IMG/VR virus record: IMGVR_UViG_3300049046_000039
Span: 32,001-96,000 of that record
Origin: a virus
DNA: 64,000 nucleotides
Strand: one strand, 5' to 3'
Position numbers and translations under genes: made by a program. Below the pieces are notes generated by a model, which saw only the letters and a program-made list of their open reading frames with translations, was not told where the DNA came from and searched no databases. Positions 44,937-54,276 of this stretch are shown one piece after another (the first letter of the stretch is position 1; each line of letters begins with the position of its first letter).

Positions 44937-45545
44937 TTAGATATACGAGTAAGTATGTCTCTTTTCTGATTCGTTAAGTATCTGCTTGCTTACGATATAC
45001 CTATTCGTTATCTTAATCTTGTTGGCGTCGTATGCGAGATACACGTTATGACGAGTAGCCATTCCCATGTTTCTACCGCCGTCGTATCTGAGTCCGTCGA
45101 AGCCGAGCGACATGAGCTTCTTGCGAGCTATAGCGGTGTTCTTCATGCCGTTCGACAAACCACGAAACACCTGATCGCCAGTAAGTCTCATAGAGCCGCT
45201 AGTGAGCTGAGACTTAACCTTTATAGCGTCGGCGCCAAGATTTAGAAGGTTAGCACCTCTAGCAAACTGATCGGGCTTGTCGGAAACTAATCTCTGAAGT
45301 ATCTCACCCGTGTAGATGTTATTGACGTCGAAGAGTCTGTTAAAAGACAGTCTAGTCTCGTAGACGTACATACCGTCGCCACCGTAGCGATTGTACATAG
45401 TTCTAGCATAGCTCTTTGCTACTTCGATATTGTCGGTAAAGTAGGCTACGCCGCCGCCGTAGAAGTCATTCACGATTCTAGACATGTTCTGCTCGAACAC
45501 GTTGAATCGCGTTCTAGTGCCGTGGTAGCCTATTACGACTGTCAT
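44937..45545 (-). CDS. ADP-ribosyltransferase-like protein (ART-PolyVal type)
   Basis: YHGT...F, G..YFTD...AKSYA, GFDG. Confidence 0.72.
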   Translation of the reverse strand: MTVVIGYHGTRTRFNVFEQNMSRIVNDFYGGGVAYFTDNIEVAKSYARTMYNRYGGDGMYVYETRLSFNRLFDVNNIYTGEILQRLVSDKPDQFARGANLLNLGADAIKVKSQLTSGSMRLTGDQVFRGLSNGMKNTAIARKKLMSLGFDGLRYDGGRNMGMATRHNVYLAYDANKIKITNRYIVSKQILNESEKRHTYSYI

Positions 45546-48079
45546 TTCTTCTTGGTCTTCATAGTGAGAAGTCTGTCTAGGACTAGAGCCGCGTGAGCGT
45601 GCTTCTTAGAGCGGTGAAGATCCATAACCTTAAGTTCCGGATGTCTCTCCTTACCTGCAAGAGACTTACCGACTTCGGCGTGCATGTCGTGGATCATCTT
45701 TCTCTTCTCGATGTAAGCAGACTCTCCGATGTGCTTTGAGCGAAGTTGCTGCACTCTCTTACGACGCTCTTGACCGATTCTGTCAGTAAGTCTGTTACCA
45801 GACTTGTCAGTAAAGAGGTTACCTCTCTGCTGAGCTCTGAATCCGTAGGTGTGAGCCATGTTAGTTCGAGTAGTGTGATACATCGACTTCTCGCGCTGGT
45901 TGTGGCGCTGAATAACGTTTGGTCTCTTGGTAGCTCTCTTAGTAACCGAAAGATACTGAGCCGGGTCGGTCTGATACTTAAGCTCGGTGAGCATCGTTGG
46001 TACGTATTTCTTAAGCATCGTCTGCTCCTGTACTGGCTTCTTTGTATTCCAGCTGTCTATGTTGTTTAAGTTTCTATCCATGATCTTCTTCTGAACTTCG
46101 TCAAAGTTGTGACCATGGTCGGCGTAAGCTTTCTTAATAGCGCCATAACGTTCTGGGTCTGTCGCGTGAGCTGGAAGCATAGTCTCTATCTTACGCACGT
46201 CGTTGTTCTTTATGTGGTGCGCCGCGATCTCATATACGTGCTCCGGCTTTAAGTACGAGTGCTTGAGCATCTCGTTATCGTCATAGTAGTTACTCTTTGG
46301 AAACTGCTTGAAGTACGACTTAAAGTGATCGGCTGTCAGAGGACTATCCTCAGAGGTGTGGTACATACCTCGTACATACTTTGGAAAGTTAGTAGCTGAC
46401 TCTCGGTGACTCATCATATTATCAAGGTCGTCTTTGTTGATCATCTCAGGATCGACTTTAGAGACGACGTTAGCAGTCATGCGAGCGTGATCTTCTCTAG
46501 ACAGTAAGTTTCTAGACTTCTCGAAGTGAGACGCGTCGAAGTTCTTATTATTCGTCGCGTTTTCTATATTCGTCGCTCTACTGTCAGTGTCAGGCTTGTC
46601 GAACTCGTCGTGAATGTCTTGAGCGCTAGCGAAGCGAGACCAGTAGTGGTTGTTAAACAGAGGGTGTTTAGCCTTACCTGACTTTACTAACTCTCTAGTC
46701 TCGTCGTCCTTCATCATAACGTGATAGTAGTTGCCGCTCTGAGTAGCTCGCTGAACGTACCTTAGAATACTGTCTTTCTTAGAGTCCTTCATGCTGTAGT
46801 TCTTAACTATGTCTTTGATGTGATCTTGAGACGCTAAGTCAGAACCATACCACGAGCTAACTTCACTGTCGATATTATTCTTTCTAAGAGCGTCGATAGT
46901 AAAGTGCTGACCGTGACGGCCGTGGTCGAAGTTAGTGTTGTCGAATCCAGCAATCTGAGCGGCGTTTCTTATATCTTCACTCTTAAACGTGTGCTTGTCG
47001 CTGTACAGATCGTGAAGCTCATCACTCGTAGCGTGATTAGAATAGTAGTTTGCCGTGGTGTAGTATGGATTGTCGAGCTTCGATATTCTCTCTCTTAGCT
47101 TAGAGCGATGCTCTTCTCCGAAGTTAGGATTCTTTAGTGCAGAATCGTAGTACACGTGCTCGGAAGAATCTTCTAGGTGCTTGTGCAGCTCTTCGGCCGA
47201 AGCGTAGTTTGCGGCGTGAGCGCCACGAACCTTAGTCTCAGGGTGGTCCATAGTCGGATTGCTCATAGCGCTGTCTGCGTGCTGCTTGTATAGTGCTATG
47301 TTGTTACCCATCTCAGGATGCGCGCGAGCTACGTCTCTAATAGAGACCTCGTGATCCTTCTCGTTCATAAGAGAGTTAGTACCGTAGTGGTACTGGTACT
47401 TCTCGCCAGGATATGCCGGAGTCTTTGGCGTGTAGATGTGCATTGGCCCGAGCTTATTGTACGCCGGGAACATGTTGTTATTGTCTGCAGCCGTGCACCA
47501 GCGAGTGCCCTTGCCAAAGTGGCAAGAAGCTTCTTGAGTTTTGGGCGTTACCTTAGTGAACGTGTGGTAGTCTTCACTCGAAGAGTGCTCGGGACTCTTC
47601 ATCTTGTCGTGAAGCTGTCTGTTCTCTTCCTTACCACTCAGGCTGCCAGCGTGCTTCTCTACTACGTCTTCGAGATCAGACAGAGTCTTGTATCGACCGA
47701 GGTCTCTGTGCTCGGCAGGTATGATCTTACGTCTAGAAAGATCGTGAAACTTCTCTAGCGCCGGAGTCATGCGAGAGTGCATGTCTTCCATCTTGACGCC
47801 ACCCTTGCCGTACATTCTGGCTACGTGCTGAACGTACTGCTTGTTTGGAGTAGGATCGGTCTTCTCGATGTGATCCATCACCACGGCCATACCCTTGTGG
47901 CTCTGGTTTCTAGAGTGGTGAACGCCGGCGTTGACTTCTACTGGGTGAGCGTTCTCGTCATTGTGTGCGACGTGGATAGCGCGATCGTATACCGACGACC
48001 CGTGTCTCTGGATCGTCTTATCTCTGTCGTATTCGAGTAGAAGAACTGACTCTGCTACGTATTTTCTAAGCTTAGACAT
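45542..48079 (-). CDS. Large hypothetical protein, probably head-packaged
   Basis: MSKLRKYVAE N-terminus; DPTPNKQY and ASCHFG.GTRWCTA motifs; degenerate helical repeats. Confidence 0.7.
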   Translation of the reverse strand: MSKLRKYVAESVLLLEYDRDKTIQRHGSSVYDRAIHVAHNDENAHPVEVNAGVHHSRNQSHKGMAVVMDHIEKTDPTPNKQYVQHVARMYGKGGVKMEDMHSRMTPALEKFHDLSRRKIIPAEHRDLGRYKTLSDLEDVVEKHAGSLSGKEENRQLHDKMKSPEHSSSEDYHTFTKVTPKTQEASCHFGKGTRWCTAADNNNMFPAYNKLGPMHIYTPKTPAYPGEKYQYHYGTNSLMNEKDHEVSIRDVARAHPEMGNNIALYKQHADSAMSNPTMDHPETKVRGAHAANYASAEELHKHLEDSSEHVYYDSALKNPNFGEEHRSKLRERISKLDNPYYTTANYYSNHATSDELHDLYSDKHTFKSEDIRNAAQIAGFDNTNFDHGRHGQHFTIDALRKNNIDSEVSSWYGSDLASQDHIKDIVKNYSMKDSKKDSILRYVQRATQSGNYYHVMMKDDETRELVKSGKAKHPLFNNHYWSRFASAQDIHDEFDKPDTDSRATNIENATNNKNFDASHFEKSRNLLSREDHARMTANVVSKVDPEMINKDDLDNMMSHRESATNFPKYVRGMYHTSEDSPLTADHFKSYFKQFPKSNYYDDNEMLKHSYLKPEHVYEIAAHHIKNNDVRKIETMLPAHATDPERYGAIKKAYADHGHNFDEVQKKIMDRNLNNIDSWNTKKPVQEQTMLKKYVPTMLTELKYQTDPAQYLSVTKRATKRPNVIQRHNQREKSMYHTTRTNMAHTYGFRAQQRGNLFTDKSGNRLTDRIGQERRKRVQQLRSKHIGESAYIEKRKMIHDMHAEVGKSLAGKERHPELKVMDLHRSKKHAHAALVLDRLLTMKTKKK

Positions 48080-48612
48080 CCGTTACGAACTTCCCTAAAA
48101 ATATCTTCGGCGCGGTGCCGCAGTTTAATAGGTAAGAATGCCTCGAAAAGTTCTAAGTCGTTCTTTACTGCCGCGTCTCTAAGCTGCGTAGCAGATATGT
48201 TTGAGATGATGTTCTTCTCACCTCGCGGAACTTCCAGCACTTCTATCGAGTAAAAATTGTACAACTTACCTGGTCCATTGTACATATTTAGGCGTTTACG
48301 AAGTTCTTCGGCTCTGTCCGATCCAACTACGACAGTAAGCTGGTAGTATCCGTGATCGTAGACTGACTTCACGGCGTCGAAGAAGTCCTTCTTCGGCTGC
48401 TCCATGACCATCACGTCGACGCTGTTGAACGCTTCCTTACAGAGCTTCAGCTTGTAGTCAAACGACAGAGGATTCTTCTTGTCGCCCTCGCTAGCCGAAA
48501 GGAAGACAAACTTGTCGTTACACCAGAAAGTCTTCGCCATGACCTGAACTAGGCGCTCGTGGCCGAGTGTAGGAGGATTCATTCTAGCGTACGTGATGGC
48601 TACGTGAGTCAT
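48055..48612 (-). CDS. Cytidylyltransferase-like (HIGH) nucleotidyltransferase
   Basis: ARMNPPTLGH, KKNPL, VVGSDR, SATQLR. Confidence 0.9.
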   Translation of the reverse strand: MTHVAITYARMNPPTLGHERLVQVMAKTFWCNDKFVFLSASEGDKKNPLSFDYKLKLCKEAFNSVDVMVMEQPKKDFFDAVKSVYDHGYYQLTVVVGSDRAEELRKRLNMYNGPGKLYNFYSIEVLEVPRGEKNIISNISATQLRDAAVKNDLELFEAFLPIKLRHRAEDIFREVRNGCLSLENT

Positions 48613-48782
48613 TTTACTACCGTGAGGTGAGGTGTCTTAACTTCGTTCATCTGCTCGTAGATAGACACGGCCTCGTCGTAACCCTCCCAGTTGTCGACTC
48701 CGGCATGCTCCAGAGCACCGAGCCACGCGGCCGACTCTAGAAGTTCTTCATACTCGCTTAAGCTAATAGTTACCGTTGACAT
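48609..48782 (-). CDS. Small hypothetical protein
   Basis: EYEEL.....L.ALE.AGVDNWEGY. Confidence 0.75.
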   Translation of the reverse strand: MSTVTISLSEYEELLESAAWLGALEHAGVDNWEGYDEAVSIYEQMNEVKTPHLTVVK

Positions 48783-49843
48783 ACGAATCTCATGTTGTGA
48801 AAGTTGCGCCGACTGAACTCCATTCGGTCGACTAGTTTGGTCGGAATGCCGTGATAGGTCACGACGTAACCCTCGCCAGCAGTGGTGTCTCCCGAGCACT
48901 CGTGGTAGAACGGAAGACCGTCGTTCATCACCATCATCATGGTGCGCTTGACGTAGTCTAGAGTGTACCTGCTCTGAAGAGCGTACTTGATAGTGAGAGT
49001 CTCGGACGACCTGATCTGATCCTCCTCGCCCTTTATCTCGACGAAGCGCCTGTACATGGTGGTGTTGGGATTGTGCTCGCCGATGCGAATGCAGTAGTTG
49101 GTGAACTGCTTTAGAAGAGCGCAGTGAGAGTTGAGTATCGGCGCTTCCAGAACTTTCTGCATCTTCTCGGCGCCGACCAAGCAGCTGCTGATGACGCTGT
49201 GCTGAGCTGGATTAAGTGCGAACTTCGACACGTCGTATGCGGTATCGATCCAGTACACTTCTGTCGACTTGAACTGACTCACGTCGGGACTTCCGATAGA
49301 CTTCATCTCTCGAAGAACCGGGCCGTAGTACTGAGTGTGAAGAGCTATACCGATAGTAGAGCGACACAGCGCTTCGTACTGCTCAGTCCCCTTCACTGCG
49401 CCGTAAGTGATCGTGTTAGGCGTGAACAGTATCATGCTTCCGACGTTGACCATCAGGTCAGGATGATACATGAAGTCGCCCTGATAGACTCCTGGCGGAA
49501 TTAGTCCCTTGTCGAAGTCTCGCTTGATTATGCCGATGGCCAACCAAAGCTTAATGGCGTAGTCTTCTCTGTCGCCGTAGTACTTCTGCACGTCGTTCTC
49601 GTCGTAGCAGATGATGGGTCTCAGCTTATTGAAGACCGACTTAGTGCCGACGAAGAACTTGCCGTTCTCAGGATTGACTCCAAAGACAATAGCCGGAGCA
49701 CCGTCGTACTTGACGCTAACCTTAAGATACTTTTGCGGCTTACCCGAAAGCGCGTCCTTAAGAGACTCTAGGACGTCTATGCTCTGATAGATGTGTCCGG
49801 TGTAGACGTAATCGTCTACGTGTTCAAGATGCTTTATTAACAT
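48770..49843 (-). CDS. Conserved T4-like protein (DUF6267-like, ligase-like motifs)
   Basis: HLEH.DD, KYDGAPAIVFG, FFVGTKSVFNK, YQGD, EGYV, KLVDR.EFS. Confidence 0.8.
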   Translation of the reverse strand: MLIKHLEHVDDYVYTGHIYQSIDVLESLKDALSGKPQKYLKVSVKYDGAPAIVFGVNPENGKFFVGTKSVFNKLRPIICYDENDVQKYYGDREDYAIKLWLAIGIIKRDFDKGLIPPGVYQGDFMYHPDLMVNVGSMILFTPNTITYGAVKGTEQYEALCRSTIGIALHTQYYGPVLREMKSIGSPDVSQFKSTEVYWIDTAYDVSKFALNPAQHSVISSCLVGAEKMQKVLEAPILNSHCALLKQFTNYCIRIGEHNPNTTMYRRFVEIKGEEDQIRSSETLTIKYALQSRYTLDYVKRTMMMVMNDGLPFYHECSGDTTAGEGYVVTYHGIPTKLVDRMEFSRRNFHNMRFVCQR

Positions 49844-49900
49844 AGATACTATACCTTCAAAGCCCAGAGGCATTATATACAAGTTAAGCCGGCGTGTAAA

Positions 49901-50614
49901 CTATAAAAATGGATTACGCTTCTTAGTATTTGGCAAAACTGAAAATGCGCTATTGGCTACTGACGTAAGCTTTAGTTCGGCTTGAACTTCGTAGAATCTA
50001 CTTCTGTTCGACACACGAACTCGAAACTTACCTGTGCCAGTAAGCTGAGGAATCTCGCTAGACAGTCCCAGTGGATTGGTGTTCGATATCATGAAGAAGT
50101 CGTCGCCTGCCTGCATGTAGTAAGCTGGCTCGGTCTTACCTTGAGTGTAGTGCATCGTGACCAGATCGCTTAGATCGTAGTCCTTGTGATCTAGAATGTA
50201 CGCTCCGTTCTCTCGACAGAACTTGCGCATGACGTCGCGTGGAACGGCATTATCCGTGTCCATCTCACCGCGATTTGTTGGTATGTATATCGTCTCGAAG
50301 GCTAGACCGCAATAGTCTGAGATTGAGTAAACAAACTCTAGAGAAACTTGCGACTTATTTAATTCTTGGACAATGTTACCCGCAATAGGAGTGCTATACC
50401 TTGTTTTCCATGCTTTCTCGTGAAAGTAAACCCTTGGATTAGCAAGGTTATCTGAATGGTTCATCTTCACTTCTAGCCAACTAGACCTGTTATTAAAATT
50501 GACTAGCACGTCAGAATAGTCAGTTCCGACCTTAGGTCTTACTGCACTAACGTGGTGCATCGAGTCTAGATGCTCGGCGATAATGCGTTCGTGTTTATCT
50601 GAAGCTTTGCTCAT
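49901..50614 (-). CDS. Putative restriction-endonuclease-fold protein
   Basis: E....A..., SDV......WLEVK motif. Confidence 0.55.
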   Translation of the reverse strand: MSKASDKHERIIAEHLDSMHHVSAVRPKVGTDYSDVLVNFNNRSSWLEVKMNHSDNLANPRVYFHEKAWKTRYSTPIAGNIVQELNKSQVSLEFVYSISDYCGLAFETIYIPTNRGEMDTDNAVPRDVMRKFCRENGAYILDHKDYDLSDLVTMHYTQGKTEPAYYMQAGDDFFMISNTNPLGLSSEIPQLTGTGKFRVRVSNRSRFYEVQAELKLTSVANSAFSVLPNTKKRNPFL

Positions 50615-50629
50615 ATCTATGTTTGTTAC

Positions 50630-50815
50630 AAAAATGGAGGGACCCTCCGTCGAGAGTACCCTCCAATGTTATTAACGCGGACGAGAGGAACCACCACCTG
50701 CTCTTAAGAGCGACCTCGTCATTTCCTTTATGCTTGCATTAGCAACTTGCCACTAGGGCTGCAGACCCTAACGCGTTATGGGAACGCGCGGTAACGCGTT
50801 CCCTGAATAACATCT
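50630..50815 (-). ncRNA. Candidate late structured ncRNA
   Basis: TATAAATA at 50823-50816; ATGTTATT/AATAACAT closing stem; several hairpins; TGGAGGG terminator with T-tract. Confidence 0.7.
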
Positions 50816-50818
50816 TAT

Positions 50819-51010
50819 TTATACAGATTCGGCGAGTCGGTTAAGAAAAAAGTCAGGTGTGAATCCATCAAATCCACCGCCGTAGTTTAGATTGAAAGAC
50901 ATCTTACGAGCTTTCTTTTCCGAGAGGTTAGACATTATAGTCTTTACCTCACCATTGTTAACTTCTACGACCTTAAAGTCTTTAGCTTCTTTATGAACTC
51001 TGTATCCCAT
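50819..51010 (-). CDS. Small conserved T4-like protein
   Basis: LN.GGGFDGFTP.FF. Confidence 0.75.
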   Translation of the reverse strand: MGYRVHKEAKDFKVVEVNNGEVKTIMSNLSEKKARKMSFNLNYGGGFDGFTPDFFLNRLAESV

Positions 51011-51210
51011 TACGAACTCTTACCCTGGAGTGATTCCTTGATGGCCTTAGCCACGGTGTCGATGTCAACTGCGACTAGAAGTGTTCCCTTGAGTCCGCTG
51101 AGATAGACTCTGGTGTAGTTGTTATTTTCTGTTTCGACAGGCTCTAGAAGAACTACTTTAAGAGCGTTGATGTAGTGCTGGTCGATTTTTACGATATAGC
51201 CTGAATGCAT
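51010..51210 (-). CDS. Hypothetical protein
   Basis: Coupled ORF. Confidence 0.65.
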   Translation of the reverse strand: MHSGYIVKIDQHYINALKVVLLEPVETENNNYTRVYLSGLKGTLLVAVDIDTVAKAIKESLQGKSS

Positions 51211-51349
51211 TATGACTTTCTCATCTTTGTTAGTTCTGATTTCGCCGCGGCGCTCGTCTTATAAGGGCCGAAGCATATGCTACCGTCAGGCCAGACAATG
51301 TAGAACTTGTCCTTAATCTGATCCGTAGTTAAGTGGTACAGATAGTTGA

Positions 51350-52768
51350 TCATCTAAAGTCCGTAAACTTGTTTGTTCCTGGGTATGCGTTTTCTGGTCT
51401 TCTCCATCCGTTCTCTTCGGCAGTTCTTCTTCCTATGTCTCCTCTGTCCATGACTGGTGAGTCGTCTACAAGATCTTCTTGAGCGTTCTGCTCGACGTCG
51501 TAGAGTCTCATCTTAGACTTATGAACGCCAACCACGAAGCGCTTGCACTTGTTCTTGTCGGCGTACCTGTTCTTAAGTTGCTTGAACAGATACTGACCGA
51601 GTTCGGCAAGTTCTTCAGTCTCCATAACACCGAGCATGAGGTCGGCAGTAGCTGGTAGACCGAAAGATTCGGAAGTATCGCCGAGCTCCAGATCACTAGA
51701 AGCGTAACCACTTCTGGTAGTCTGAGTAGCCGAAACGATAGGAACTCCAAACTCTACAGCCAAGCCACGAAGTTCTTCGGCAATAGACTTAACGAGTGTG
51801 TAAGAGTTAACGGACGAAAGATTCTTAAAGCGAGACGAAGCGCAGATGTTAAGATAGTCTACGTAGATGATGTCGGGCTTGAAGTTCTTCTTGATGCGAA
51901 GTTCGTTAAGAAGGTGACGAATGTTACCAGCGTGAGCTGACGCAGTCGGGAACTCTTTAACGATAAGACGACTCTTGGCCTTGGCCTTGACCTTGTCTGC
52001 TCTCTTCTTGAGAACAGACACGTCAATAGTCTCGAGGTCGTCAAGAGCGATGTCGAGTAGGTTACCATCGATACGTCTAGATACTTCTTCTTCTGACATT
52101 TCAAGAGTAACGTACAGGACGTTATATCCCATCGTAAGATGAGATGCAGCCCAGTCGCACATAATCAGAGACTTACCGACGTTAGTGCCGGCCATGATTA
52201 TGTTTAGAGTCTTGTTGGCGAGGCCGCCCTTAGTGATGTTATTGAGTAGCTCGATAGCGAAAGGTATCTTGCTGATCTTCTTACGGTAGTTCTCAAAGCG
52301 CTCTTCGAAGTTTTCGAGATACTCGTGACCGATGTTAGTATCGAATCCGACCGAAAGAGCGTCCGTAAAGAGTTGAGGAAGAGTTCCCGTGCCCTCGCTG
52401 CTCTCGGGGTCGTCCATGATGTGGATGGCCTTCCTGACAGCGTTAAATAGAGCTTTCTCTTGACAGAACTTTTCGGTAGTCTGGAGAAGCCATTCTTCTG
52501 AGTCGACGTTCTCCTTGGTCATGTACTCGACTACTTGTCGAGCTGAGCCGAAGTCCTGTTCGTTCAGGTTATCCTTGTTGCCCAGCTCGACGAGTAGCGA
52601 TGACTTCGTCGGAGCACTATTAAACTTGGTGTAGTACTCGTCAATGATCTCGAACACGACTCTTTCAGACTTATCGTGAAAGTAGTCGCTCTTAATGAAG
52701 GGGAGAGTCTTGCGAGTAAAGTCTTCGTTATGAACTAGATTGTTTAGTAGTACTTGTTCGAAATTCAT
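51350..52768 (-). CDS. 41: Replicative helicase gp41
   Basis: AGTNVGKS, LEMSEE, VDYLNIC, SATQTTR, TSESFGLP. Confidence 0.97.
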   Translation of the reverse strand: MNFEQVLLNNLVHNEDFTRKTLPFIKSDYFHDKSERVVFEIIDEYYTKFNSAPTKSSLLVELGNKDNLNEQDFGSARQVVEYMTKENVDSEEWLLQTTEKFCQEKALFNAVRKAIHIMDDPESSEGTGTLPQLFTDALSVGFDTNIGHEYLENFEERFENYRKKISKIPFAIELLNNITKGGLANKTLNIIMAGTNVGKSLIMCDWAASHLTMGYNVLYVTLEMSEEEVSRRIDGNLLDIALDDLETIDVSVLKKRADKVKAKAKSRLIVKEFPTASAHAGNIRHLLNELRIKKNFKPDIIYVDYLNICASSRFKNLSSVNSYTLVKSIAEELRGLAVEFGVPIVSATQTTRSGYASSDLELGDTSESFGLPATADLMLGVMETEELAELGQYLFKQLKNRYADKNKCKRFVVGVHKSKMRLYDVEQNAQEDLVDDSPVMDRGDIGRRTAEENGWRRPENAYPGTNKFTDFR

Positions 52769-52828
52769 TTACTTTTATATTCCTTAGACTTGCATTATAA
52801 CATGATATGGAACAAAAGTAAAGGAGTA

Positions 52829-53992
52829 TTAAGCTTCGTCTCTTCTAGCTAGGACACCACCCATAGAGTCTGGGCCGCCTGGCCAGTATTCGTGCGAGGA
52901 CGAGCCGGTCATGCTCTCGACTTCCTCGTCGGCAAGAACACCTGATAGATCTAGTTCTTCGTCGGCTAGAAGCTTAGCCTGTGGCAGACGATACTTTGTC
53001 TCGAGGTACTTGGCGAAGTCGGTGTCGAGAAGGATCTTACCCCATACTTCGTTGGATGTAGCTATCTCGGCTTCACGGTAGCTCTTACCGATCAGCTCTC
53101 CAGTAGAGCGATCTACGATCTGATACCAGCCCGCCTTTGGCTTAGCTACGTATCCGCCTTCGAGCGCGTTCTCGAGGAAGCCAGACCACTTGTTAATGCC
53201 GCCGTTATAGAGAACGTGGATAGGAATCTTGGCCTTCTCCTTAACGTAGCGTGACTTCTCGACGTTAAGGATGAATTCGTAACCTTGGATTTCTGTTCCA
53301 GCCTTATCCTGTCTACGACCGATAATGAAGATGTTATCTGCCGAGTAGTAGATGCCAGTACCGCCAGAGACTACGGCCTTGGAGAACATTTCCTGAGTCT
53401 GATAAGTGTGGTTGACCACGATCATCGGAATGTTCTTAAGAGTGAGATGTGGTGTGACCATACGGAACAGCGACTTAAGCTGTCTAGCTCTGGTCATGTC
53501 CGCGACAGACTTACCGTCGATAGCGTCTTCAACTTCCTTCTTAGAAGCTAGGTTACCGACAGAGTCGATCATGATAAGAACGTGGTCCTTACGCTGCAGC
53601 TGATCTAGCTGCTGCATAATGTCGAACTTTAGCTCTTCGATGTTGGTGATTGGAGTGTGTACGACCTTCTCTGGATCGACGTTAAGAGAAGCGAAGTAAG
53701 AGTCCGGTGAGCCAAACTCAGAGTCGTAGAACAGAATGATGCCGTCGCTATACTTCTCGAGGAATGCCGAAGCGGCAAGTAGCGTAAAGCCAGTCTTAAA
53801 GTGCTTAGACGGACCAGCAAAGATGGTAAGACCAGAAGTAATACCACCGTCAGCGAGACCACTGAAAGCGACGTTAATCATCGGGACTCGAGTCTGGACA
53901 ACGTCTTTGTTGTTGTAGATTTCCGACTCGCTGAGTACGGAAGTAGCTTTGATAGTAGAGTTTTTAATGAGTCTAGAACGTAGATCTGACAT
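52829..53992 (-). CDS. uvsX: RecA-like recombinase UvsX
   Basis: AGPSKHFKT, YDSEFG, DSVGNLASKKE, SGGTG. Confidence 0.97.
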   Translation of the reverse strand: MSDLRSRLIKNSTIKATSVLSESEIYNNKDVVQTRVPMINVAFSGLADGGITSGLTIFAGPSKHFKTGFTLLAASAFLEKYSDGIILFYDSEFGSPDSYFASLNVDPEKVVHTPITNIEELKFDIMQQLDQLQRKDHVLIMIDSVGNLASKKEVEDAIDGKSVADMTRARQLKSLFRMVTPHLTLKNIPMIVVNHTYQTQEMFSKAVVSGGTGIYYSADNIFIIGRRQDKAGTEIQGYEFILNVEKSRYVKEKAKIPIHVLYNGGINKWSGFLENALEGGYVAKPKAGWYQIVDRSTGELIGKSYREAEIATSNEVWGKILLDTDFAKYLETKYRLPQAKLLADEELDLSGVLADEEVESMTGSSSHEYWPGGPDSMGGVLARRDEA

Positions 53993-54060
53993 GTATGTTT
54001 CCTTATGACAGTGTGTGGCAATATAACATAGTTTGACTAAAATGTCAACTAATTATGCTG

Positions 54061-54276
54061 TCACGCTGCCTTATTCTCAAGCTTGTACATAGTGTTACGC
54101 GTACGAACGTAACCATCTTCTTCATTAAGATCAATAGCTACAGAAGTCTTAATGACATCACCATCGTTAAACCTAGACTTACTGTCATCGTAGATCTTAC
54201 CAATAATCACCTTATGGCGTGGTCCTAGTTCTAGTACGCTATAGTCACGTATTATTGCGTCGTATTTAATCATCAA
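54061..54276 (-). CDS. Hypothetical protein
   Basis: G.IYDD...RF.DGD.I.TS...TRNT.Y.L. Confidence 0.7.
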   Translation of the reverse strand: MMIKYDAIIRDYSVLELGPRHKVIIGKIYDDSKSRFNDGDVIKTSVAIDLNEEDGYVRTRNTMYKLENKAA

